The translations under genes were made by a program, and so were the position numbers. DNA of 64,000 nucleotides from Candidatus Poribacteria bacterium (lineage in GTDB: Bacteria > Poribacteria > WGA-4E > WGA-3G). The stretch is taken from the NCBI GenBank assembly GCA_965197475.1, contig CBDANF010000002.1:1248001-1312000 (forward strand), written 5' to 3'. The notes below the pieces were generated by a model. That model was not told where the DNA came from. It saw only the letters and a program-made list of their open reading frames with translations, and did not search any database. Of the stretch, positions 10,358 to 17,901 are shown piece after piece; within the stretch, counting starts at the first letter, position 1; the number at the start of each line of letters is the position of its first letter.

Positions 10358-10612
10358 ATGAACGATCAGGAATTCCGCGAACATATCTTAACATTCATTG
10401 CTAAGTCAGATCAATGGATGCAGGATGCAAGTAAAAAACTTGATGTCATTGACGATTTACAGCAACAGGTGTCATGGATGCGAGGCAAATTAGAGGGCAA
10501 ACAAGAATCCGAAACTTCGCTGTGGATTAAAATTGGTGCTGTCGCTGGGTTTGGTTCAGCTATTATCGCGCTTATCGCAATCTTCCTTTCTTTAAAAGGT
10601 TGTGGTGTATAA
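10358..10612 (+). CDS. Small coiled-coil protein with C-terminal membrane anchor
   Basis: AAAGGAG RBS; heptad region followed by hydrophobic IGAVAGFGSAIIALIAIFLSL. Confidence 0.7.
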   Translation: MNDQEFREHILTFIAKSDQWMQDASKKLDVIDDLQQQVSWMRGKLEGKQESETSLWIKIGAVAGFGSAIIALIAIFLSLKGCGV

Positions 10613-10628
10613 AACAACGGAAAAGTCT

Positions 10629-10895
10629 ATGAAAAAATCAAAAACACAGGAAACCGATCCGCTTCTTGCATTAGCAGGCACGTTGAATTGTGATGTCACA
10701 GACATAAAGAAACGTCTCAAGAATGCCGTCCGTCCAAAGACACGCGTGGTTAAAGGACCTTATGAAGACCACCCTGATCCGCTTATCGCGTTGCTGGGAA
10801 CGTTGGAATGTGATGTCACAGACATCAGTGAACGCCATGATGATTATATTGGGGACGCGTTATTAGCAGAATTATGGGGAGATGAGGATGAATGA
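10629..10895 (+). CDS. Putative antitoxin-like small protein (orphan)
   Basis: Duplicated motif DPL(L/I)AL(A/L)GTL(N/E)CDVTDI and C-terminal DISERHDDYIG, resembling small proteins usually encoded before PIN toxins. Confidence 0.55.
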   Translation: MKKSKTQETDPLLALAGTLNCDVTDIKKRLKNAVRPKTRVVKGPYEDHPDPLIALLGTLECDVTDISERHDDYIGDALLAELWGDEDE

Positions 10896-10928
10896 GGAAC
10901 TTATCTCACATTTGTATAGGTGAATAAT

Positions 10929-11354
10929 ATGGAAACTGGACAAAAGGAACATGATCTCCCTTTACCGCCAGCAGATAAAGTACTGTTTCGGAAACAGGGG
11001 CAACGCGAATTAGACGAAATCCGACAAGAAGCTAAAGAAGCTTATGCTTTGGATAACGAGATTGATCATGTTCCAGAATCTGCTTATCATGATGCGTATT
11101 CTTTACTTGAGATCCTTTTTCATAATAATGTCCCCATGCCCGATATTGGCTGGTTAATAGATGGCGGTATTGGGTTTGAATGGCGTTCAACAAATGGTAA
11201 AGGGATAGCAACAATGAGCATATATGGCGACAATCTGGTCGTTTATGGGGCATCATTAGAAAGTGGACATAAAGACAAAGGAACATGTAAATTAACTGAT
11301 TATGTCAAACTTGTCCGCTTTCTTCCAATGTTAAAAACTTTATGCTCTCAATAA
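10929..11354 (+). CDS. Module gene A, copy 1 (unknown; putative antitoxin/immunity)
   Basis: Paralogous to 11791, 13409 and 18811; motif PESAY.DA..LLE.L..PMPDI.W..DGG.G.EW. Confidence 0.8.
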   Translation: METGQKEHDLPLPPADKVLFRKQGQRELDEIRQEAKEAYALDNEIDHVPESAYHDAYSLLEILFHNNVPMPDIGWLIDGGIGFEWRSTNGKGIATMSIYGDNLVVYGASLESGHKDKGTCKLTDYVKLVRFLPMLKTLCSQ

Positions 11355-11364
11355 AGGACTTGGT

Positions 11365-11757
11365 ATGAACGTTCCGCCAGATGAAAAGTTAACCCGTTTC
11401 ATTTCTTCTAAGAAAAATTTTTCTATTGAAAAGAAGACAGTCAGTTATAGAGCATTTATCCCGCAAAAAAAGAGTCCACAAGATATTTCTGTGTATCGCA
11501 TCTCTACCCTCATAGAAGACGAAAACAAAGTGTGGGAGATTGGAAGAGAATATGTACAAGGGGAAAATGAAATAAAAGCAAGGGCAGACTTTTTGGCAGA
11601 GATTGTTTATGAGAATGGTCTTATAGTAAGTGCAGACATGCAAGTCCACGAACTGCATGTGAATATCATGCCTCTCCCAATAGATAAGGAAGATCGGGAT
11701 GAGATTTTAAGAGAACTTGCCCTTGCCAGTGAATTAGTCCCGATACCGATAGAATAG
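11365..11757 (+). CDS. Module gene B, copy 1 (putative ADP-ribosyltransferase-fold toxin)
   Basis: Paralogous to 12219 and 13836; EKLTRFI, AFIP, ISVYRI, IKARAD and HVNI motifs. Confidence 0.75.
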   Translation: MNVPPDEKLTRFISSKKNFSIEKKTVSYRAFIPQKKSPQDISVYRISTLIEDENKVWEIGREYVQGENEIKARADFLAEIVYENGLIVSADMQVHELHVNIMPLPIDKEDRDEILRELALASELVPIPIE

Positions 11758-11790
11758 ATTTCTTTCTAACATGTATAAAGGTAATATAAT

Positions 11791-12204
11791 ATGGAAACCG
11801 GACAAAAGGAACATGATCTCCTACTACCGCCAGCAGATAAAGTGCTGTTTCGGAAACAGGTGCAACGCGAATTAGACGAAATCCGACAAGAAGCTGAGGA
11901 AGCCTATGCCTTGGATAACGAAATTGACCCAATCCCTGATTCTGCTTACGATGACGCGCTCGTTTTGTTAGAGATGCTTTGTAATTACAAGCTGCCCATG
12001 CCAGATTTTAGTTGGGCAGAAGATGGTAGTCTTAGCATCGGATGGTACCCGGATGAAGGCATGGTAACAATGGGGATATATGGGGACAATCTTGTCATCT
12101 ATAATGCTTTTTTTGAAGAAGAACGTCAATTTGAAGGAATCTGTGAATTGTCAGATACGCCAGTGTTGTCCGGTTTTCTAACAACATTGACAAATATCCT
12201 CTAA
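11791..12204 (+). CDS. Module gene A, copy 2
   Basis: First ~35 codons nearly identical to copies 1 and 3 (METGQKEH...RELDEIRQEA); the rest is diverged. Confidence 0.8.
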   Translation: METGQKEHDLLLPPADKVLFRKQVQRELDEIRQEAEEAYALDNEIDPIPDSAYDDALVLLEMLCNYKLPMPDFSWAEDGSLSIGWYPDEGMVTMGIYGDNLVIYNAFFEEERQFEGICELSDTPVLSGFLTTLTNIL

Positions 12205-12218
12205 TAAGGATGTGTGTT

Positions 12219-12638
12219 ATGAATGTTTCACCGGGTGAGAAACTCACCCGTTTTATCCGTTATAGCAGTTATTTTTCCGTTGTAACTAACAGAGTTAAAC
12301 CTGATGCTTTTCTTCCACATAAAAAGAGTATTGATGTATCCGTGTTTCGCATTTCCGAACTCAATGACAGTGAAAAACTCTCAAAAAACGAAATCTGGGA
12401 AATTGGGCGAAAATATGTTCAAACAGAAGAAAGACCAATAAAAGCAAGAGCCGACCTTTCCACAACTGTTGTTTATGAGAATAATCTTGAAGTTGTTCCA
12501 GATGAGCCTCCTCAAAGGCACGCGAACATAACGCCTTTTCCGGTAGAGAAAAGTCCTACAGATAGGAAAGCGCGTAGATCCATCGCAACTAAGCTTGCTA
12601 ATGCAAGTAAATTAGTCGTTCTACCAGAAAAGATATGA
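12219..12638 (+). CDS. Module gene B, copy 2 (putative ART-fold toxin)
   Basis: EKLTRFI, AFLP, VSVFRI, IKARAD and RHANI motifs. Confidence 0.75.
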   Translation: MNVSPGEKLTRFIRYSSYFSVVTNRVKPDAFLPHKKSIDVSVFRISELNDSEKLSKNEIWEIGRKYVQTEERPIKARADLSTTVVYENNLEVVPDEPPQRHANITPFPVEKSPTDRKARRSIATKLANASKLVVLPEKI

Positions 12639-12667
12639 TTTCAGTACGATCAAATTGAGAAACACAC

Positions 12668-12726
12668 ATGTCCAACGAATCATCAACAATCGTTCAAAAA
12701 CTATGGAATTTCTGCGATGTTCTCCG
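12668..12726 (+). pseudogene. Duplicated 5' stub of hsdM
   Basis: MSNESSTIVQKLWNFCDVLR matches the hsdM start at 14261 (MSNESSTIVQKLWNFCNVLR); homology then stops abruptly. Confidence 0.9.
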
Positions 12727-12736
12727 CTATAAAGTA

Positions 12737-12765
12737 TTGCGTTTCATGAAAATCTGTGCTAAAAT
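12737..12765 (+). promoter_or_regulatory. Putative sigma70 promoter whose -10 box is the MITE target site
   Basis: TTGCGT-17 nt-TAAAAT with TG extension. Confidence 0.45.
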
Positions 12766-12767
12766 AA

Positions 12768-13355
12768 CTATAGTTTGGACAATTTTATCCTGTCAGGACT
12801 TCCGATCAGGAGTTAAATATGGTTTGTCCGCACTCTTGTCAATTATTTAAATCTTGATTAAAATATGATATTGTGTTAATATATTAAATGTATAAGACAT
12901 TGGTAGGTATGTTTCCTAAATGTACCGATCAACAGTCTATAGGTTAGTTGGAACAACCGGAAACCCAACATTTTATTACATTTTAAGGGGATCGGTGTTA
13001 ATTTGGCATATTGCCATATTTAACATTATAGGGAAGTCACTGGGTTTCCCTGCCGATAGCCATTTGTGCCACTTTGCGTTGATTCACCGCTTGTGCACAT
13101 GTGAGAATCGGTTAAATATCCTCAGTATAAATTACTATACTTTGGACAATTTCTATCTGTTTTATGTTGTGTTTTCAAGTCCTTGCTGATTTTTCATTGA
13201 GTTTCGGATGGGAACGTAACTCACAGAAAAAGAATTTCAGGTGCAAACAAGAGCAGCCCCAGCGGGGCGACAGGTGTCCAGAATGTAGATGCAACCAAAG
13301 TATTTCTATAAAACCTAATGGACACTACAGTTTGAAAAAATTGTCCAAACTATAG
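12768..13355. mobile_element. 588-bp non-autonomous element with 19-bp TIRs and 8-bp target duplication
   Basis: CTATAGTTTGGACAATTTT ... AAAATTGTCCAAACTATAG; TAAAATAA on both flanks; second internal left end near 13135; related element at 56419-56660. Confidence 0.85.
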
Positions 13356-13408
13356 TAAAATAAGGACATATTAGGAAACTCATTTCACACTCGTATAGGT
13401 GACACATT

Positions 13409-13822
13409 ATGGAAACCGGACAAAAAGAGCATAATCTCCCTTTACCGCCAGCAGATAAAGTGCTGTTTCGGAAACAGGTGCAACGCGAATTAGACGAAAT
13501 TCGCCAAGAAGCTGAGGAAGTCTATGCATCGGACAGTGATATTGACCCTGTTCCAGATTCGGCGTATGATGAAGCCTATTCCTTATTAGAGATACTTTTT
13601 GATAACAATATACCTATGCCAGATTTCGGTTGGGCAGAGGATGGGAGTCTTGGGTTAGAATGGCGACCAGAGAAAGGAATCGCTACCATAGGGATATATG
13701 GAGACAATCTCGTTATATACGGTGCATTCTTTGAAGAGAACCGTCAAGTTGAGGGAATTTGCACACTATCTGATACCGCAATGTTGTCGGGTTTTCTTGC
13801 AACGTTATTAAACCTCCTTTAA
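13409..13822 (+). CDS. Module gene A, copy 3
   Basis: METGQKEHNLPLPPADKVLFRKQ...; PMPDFGWAEDGSLGLEW. Confidence 0.8.
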   Translation: METGQKEHNLPLPPADKVLFRKQVQRELDEIRQEAEEVYASDSDIDPVPDSAYDEAYSLLEILFDNNIPMPDFGWAEDGSLGLEWRPEKGIATIGIYGDNLVIYGAFFEENRQVEGICTLSDTAMLSGFLATLLNLL

Positions 13823-13835
13823 ATAAGGGTATGAT

Positions 13836-14232
13836 ATGAATGTCTCACCGGGTGAGAAACTCACCCGTTTTATTCGTTATAGCAATCAGTTTTCCCATGT
13901 TAAGGGGGGAGGTAAGATACAGAGCGTTTATTCCACCTAAAAATAGTATAAATCTGTCTGTGTTCCGTATATCATTACCTCCAGAACTCTCAAACAACGC
14001 AGTATGGAAGATTGGACTTGACTATGTCGAACGAGAAGGAATACCAATAAAGGCACGCGCCGATCTATTTGTGAGTGATGTTGCTGCTAATAACCTTGAA
14101 GTCATTTCTGACGAGCCACCTCCGAGGCATGCGAATATCACACCGTTTCCTGCAGACAACAAAGCGCGGCAAAGTATAGCCAGAAAACTTGCTCATGCCA
14201 GTAAATTAGTTGTTATACCAGAAAAAACCTGA
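13836..14232 (+). pseudogene. Module gene B, copy 3, frameshifted at a G6 run
   Basis: ATG at 13836 reads MNVSPGEKLTRFIRYSNQFSHVK, as in copy 2. Removing one G from 13904-13909 joins it to GEVRYRAFIPP...LSVFRI...RHANI in the 13840 frame. Confidence 0.85.
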
Positions 14233-14260
14233 TTCCAGTCGAAACAAATTAAGGGTATAC

Positions 14261-15727
14261 ATGTCCAACGAATCATCAACAATCGTTCAGAAACTATGGA
14301 ATTTCTGCAATGTGCTCCGAGATGACGGTGTGAGTTACGGAGATTACGTCGAACAACTCACATATCTACTTTTTCTCAAACTCGCTGACGAACAGAGCAA
14401 ACTACCCTCCAACAGATCATCTAAAATACCTTCCGGTTTGGATTGGGAAAGTCTGCTCAAAGAGAGTGGTGCTGCGTTAGAGGATCAGTATGTCAAAATT
14501 CTTCGAGAATTGAGTAATGAGAAAGGTTTACTCGGCGTTATCTTCAGAAAATCGCAAAATCGCATTCAGACACCTGCACACCTTCAACGCCTCATCAAGC
14601 TGATTGATGCGGAAAACTGGAGCGAGATGGCAGCTGATGTCAAAGGCACAATTTACGAAGGACTTTTGCAGAAAAATGCTGAAGACACCAAAAGCGGCGC
14701 GGGGCAGTACTTCACACCCCGACCGCTTATCAAAGCCATAGTTGCTGTGATGCAACCTGGCCCGATGAAAACGATCTGTGATCCAGCATGCGGAACAGGT
14801 GGTTTTTTCCTCGCTGCTTACGAGTACATATCGGAACAATACCGTGTTACATTAACTCGCGAACAGAAGGAGTTCCTCAAATTTGAGACTTTCGTTGGCA
14901 CAGACATTGTTGATAACGTTGTCCGTCTCTGTGTCATGAATCTATACCTGCACGGTATTGATGGGGCGGAGAGTCCAATTACAACCCATGATAGTCTTAG
15001 CAAGGCTCCAAGTGATCGTTATGATATGGTCCTCACCAATCCACCGTTCGGTAACAAGAGTAGTGTTACAATCACTACCGATGGAGAAAAACGGAGCAAC
15101 ACATCACTCACGTATGAACGCGATGATTTTTGGGCGACAACATCAAATAAACAGTTTAACTTCCTCCAACACATCAAGACGATTTTGAAGGAAGATGGCC
15201 GCGCCGCCGTGGTACTCCCGGACAATGTGCTTTTTGAACGGGGCGCGGGTGAAATGATTCGGAGGCAACTGCTAAAACTGTTTGATGTGCATACACTGTT
15301 ACGATTACCTACCGGTATCTTCTACGCGCAAGGTGTGAAGGCAAACGTACTCTTTTTCGACAAACGTCCTGCACGTGAAGAACCGTGGACACAAAAACTT
15401 TGGATATATGACCTACGGACGAACAAACGTTTTACCCTAAAGACAAATCCTTTACGCGATGCTGACCTACAAGATTTTATTACCGTGTATAATCCAAGGA
15501 ACCGCCACGAACGTGAAGAAACCGAACGTTTCCGTGCCTTCAGTTACGAAGAACTTACCCAACGTGAGCCTGCTAACCTTGACATCTTTTGGTTAAAAGA
15601 GGATTCACTTGAGGATGCAGCAGATCTTCCAACACCTGATATATTGGCAGGGGAAATCACACAGAATTTACAGACTGCATTGGCATTGTTTCAAAATATT
15701 CATGCAGAATTAGGCGACAGTGACTAA
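14261..15727 (+). CDS. hsdM: Type I restriction-modification methyltransferase subunit
   Basis: GQYFTPR, DPACGTGGF (motif I), TNPPFG (motif IV, m6A) and LRLPTGIFYAQGVKANVLFF. Confidence 0.95.
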   Translation: MSNESSTIVQKLWNFCNVLRDDGVSYGDYVEQLTYLLFLKLADEQSKLPSNRSSKIPSGLDWESLLKESGAALEDQYVKILRELSNEKGLLGVIFRKSQNRIQTPAHLQRLIKLIDAENWSEMAADVKGTIYEGLLQKNAEDTKSGAGQYFTPRPLIKAIVAVMQPGPMKTICDPACGTGGFFLAAYEYISEQYRVTLTREQKEFLKFETFVGTDIVDNVVRLCVMNLYLHGIDGAESPITTHDSLSKAPSDRYDMVLTNPPFGNKSSVTITTDGEKRSNTSLTYERDDFWATTSNKQFNFLQHIKTILKEDGRAAVVLPDNVLFERGAGEMIRRQLLKLFDVHTLLRLPTGIFYAQGVKANVLFFDKRPAREEPWTQKLWIYDLRTNKRFTLKTNPLRDADLQDFITVYNPRNRHEREETERFRAFSYEELTQREPANLDIFWLKEDSLEDAADLPTPDILAGEITQNLQTALALFQNIHAELGDSD

Positions 15728-15886
15728 TTACGCTGCCGTTTGTTTAAATCTAAACATAGGGTAGATAATTTCGAAACCATGGCTAAAAGATCGGAGACGC
15801 TTTAGCCAGAATTATATTCTTACATGCAAAATTAACGTCTCTACTTACCTCTACTGAGGTAATACAACTATTTTGGAGGGTATTGC

Positions 15887-16615
15887 CTAACTAATGATAT
15901 TCATGGTTTCCATTCCGCCAAGTTTTAAAATGTCAAACACGTCTCCATTAACACGAAATCGTGCGAACAAGGCAATCGTTAGGTTCACCATCTCCACACT
16001 TTTTGAAACAATAATGGACGGACGTTTGAACCGGCCGAACCAGTGCCGCATCAAGCAATTGTTGCGTTCAATGCGATGTGTCTCCGCCTTCGTTTGAACA
16101 TGTTTTGAAGCAGGTAGGATGGATTCGTCCACCTGCCACTTGTCGGTGTAGGACATTTTGACATTCAAGGCTTTGAGGCGATGCGTCAGTTTTTCAAGGG
16201 TTTCTGTGTTGCGTCCGCCGCATTGCCAATCTATGAGGTATCCTGTGTTCCTGTCAAGTGCTTTCCATATCCAAAGTTTGTTTTTCTTCTTTCCGATATA
16301 ATGCCACATTTCATCAAGCTCCAAAACTACGGTGGATCCGGGTGAAAATGTCCGTTTCGGGGCGTGTTTTTTCGCATAGGAGCGTCCCCATTTGAGAACA
16401 GTTGTTACATGAATGTTGAAGAGTTTTGAGATAGCATTCATTGAAATACCGTGGCAGTCCAAGAGCAGAGCGAGGGTTTTATGTGTCTGGGGTTTACCTC
16501 GTGGTGTTTTGCGTGTGAATTGATAGTGGCAACTTGGACATTTATAGCGTTGTTTTGCGTTGACGAACCCGTTTTTGACGAAGTGAATATGTTGACATCT
16601 TGGACACGCTTTCAT
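15887..16615 (-). CDS. IS1-family transposase (single InsA-InsB-like ORF)
   Basis: CPRC...KNG...QRYKCPSC zinc ribbon, HTH, ELDEMWHYIGKK, YTDKW and IERNN DDE motifs; GGAGG RBS. Confidence 0.9.
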   Translation of the reverse strand: MKACPRCQHIHFVKNGFVNAKQRYKCPSCHYQFTRKTPRGKPQTHKTLALLLDCHGISMNAISKLFNIHVTTVLKWGRSYAKKHAPKRTFSPGSTVVLELDEMWHYIGKKKNKLWIWKALDRNTGYLIDWQCGGRNTETLEKLTHRLKALNVKMSYTDKWQVDESILPASKHVQTKAETHRIERNNCLMRHWFGRFKRPSIIVSKSVEMVNLTIALFARFRVNGDVFDILKLGGMETMNIIS

Positions 16616-16680
16616 GGTATCCTCCTGTGAGTAGAAATGAGTTGTTTTCAATGAGGATACAGGTTTTAGGCATATAAGTC

Positions 16681-16964
16681 AATGAAAATCAGTCTGATTT
16701 TTTCATTGACAACTCTCGTTATAAGTGTTATCATTACCGCAACTGAAATATGATGCAGCGCGGTTCAGAGGGTATCCCGCTAATTCTTGCATCATTATTT
16801 AACCAATACCCTCATATTTTGAAATGAAAATCAGTCTGATTTTTTCATTGACAACTCTCGTTATAAGTGTTATCATTACCGCAACTGAAATATGATGCAG
16901 CGCGGTTCAGAGGGTATCCCGCTAATTCTTGCATCATTATTTAACCAATACCCTCATATTTTGA
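16681..16964 (+). repeat. Perfect 142-bp tandem duplication spanning the IS end and its flank
   Basis: 16681-16822 is identical to 16823-16964. Confidence 0.92.
16706..16734 (+). promoter_or_regulatory. Outward-facing sigma70 promoter in the IS end (second copy at 16848-16876)
   Basis: TTGACA-17 nt-TATCAT, preceded by the palindrome aatgaaaatcag/ctgattttttcatt. Confidence 0.6.
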
Positions 16965-17014
16965 AATGTGAGCGAAAAGTTCACAGTCACTAACAATCTA
17001 AGGAGAAATTTAAA

Positions 17015-17824
17015 ATGCGTAACAAACTTTTACTTTCACTTTTCACCCTCATAATTGCTGTCCTTTTCAGTGCTATTGCAGCAGCGAGTTTACAAGATGG
17101 CTTAATTGTCTATTGGTCATTTGATGAATCGGATGGGCAAACTGCTTTCGACGTGTTAGGAAGTGGCAACGAAGCAACACTTACAGGTAGTGCCAGTTGG
17201 GATCCCAACGGTGGAAAAATTGGTGGTGCTTTGAAACTTGATGGCAGCGGTGATAGTTCCGCTGAAGATATCAACGGCGCAAACTACATCAATGGGCTTA
17301 ACGCTTTTACCGTCGCCCTCTGGATCAAATCCGCTGAAGTTGACTCCAACAAGGGCTTCATGCACGGTAAAGACCCTTCTGGTCAAGACAATACATTCAC
17401 CCTACGATACGATTCCGCAGGTGGTTCAGGAGGCGGTACTAATGTTATCAAAACAGGCATTACCACGACAGGAGGGGAAACCAGTTATGAGAGTGCAAGC
17501 GACGTGCAAACCACAGAGTGGCAACACATCGCGTTGACATGGAGCAGTGGCAACCAACTCGCACTCTACATTGATGGCGCACTTGATGAGCCAACAAATA
17601 ATAAAGATGCTGTTGAAGGCGAAGTGTCCGGTGTCACAAAATTCCTTATCGGCAAAGGTGGTAAAGATACCAACGCCTCATGGAACGGTCTTATTGACGA
17701 AGTTCATCTCTACAACCGGGTATTAGACGATGCAGAAATTACAAGTTTGGCATCTGGTTTTAATGCCACTCCTGTTGAAGCGCGTGGAAAGTTAGCAACT
17801 GTTTGGGGTAGCCTTAAGCGTTAA
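17015..17824 (+). CDS. Secreted LamG/concanavalin-A-like domain protein
   Basis: Signal peptide, YWSFDE, EWQHIALTW, GLIDEVHLYNRVL, tail PVEARGKLATVWGSLKR. Confidence 0.88.
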   Translation: MRNKLLLSLFTLIIAVLFSAIAAASLQDGLIVYWSFDESDGQTAFDVLGSGNEATLTGSASWDPNGGKIGGALKLDGSGDSSAEDINGANYINGLNAFTVALWIKSAEVDSNKGFMHGKDPSGQDNTFTLRYDSAGGSGGGTNVIKTGITTTGGETSYESASDVQTTEWQHIALTWSSGNQLALYIDGALDEPTNNKDAVEGEVSGVTKFLIGKGGKDTNASWNGLIDEVHLYNRVLDDAEITSLASGFNATPVEARGKLATVWGSLKR

Positions 17825-17847
17825 TAGTGAACATTTTTGAATCACAA

Positions 17848-17875
17848 AGTAGGCGTGCTTCTTAGCGCGTCTACT
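17848..17875. repeat. GTAG-type REP-like hairpin / possible terminator
   Basis: agtaggcgtgct-tctt-agcgcgtctact. Confidence 0.5.
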
Positions 17876-17901
17876 ACTGAAATCCTAAGGAGGAATTTAA
17901 A

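Larger units (their letters stand above)
15858..16738 (-). mobile_element. IS1-family insertion sequence
   Basis: Both ends begin GGTAAT (15858 and reverse complement ending at 16738); degenerate 8-bp flanks tctactga/gcaactga; encloses the transposase. Confidence 0.7.

Noticed and set aside
12850-13355. ORFs 12920-13189 and 13164-13355 as genes
   Set aside because: They lie inside the TIR-bounded element and show no RBS or recognisable motifs.
10929-14232. Diversity-generating retroelement behind the paralogue variation
   Set aside because: No reverse transcriptase is present, and the differences include indels and all base types rather than being adenine-specific.
10900-14260. A-B units as integron cassettes
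   Set aside because: Most gaps are only 10-35 bp with no attC-like palindromes, and there is no integrase in the window.
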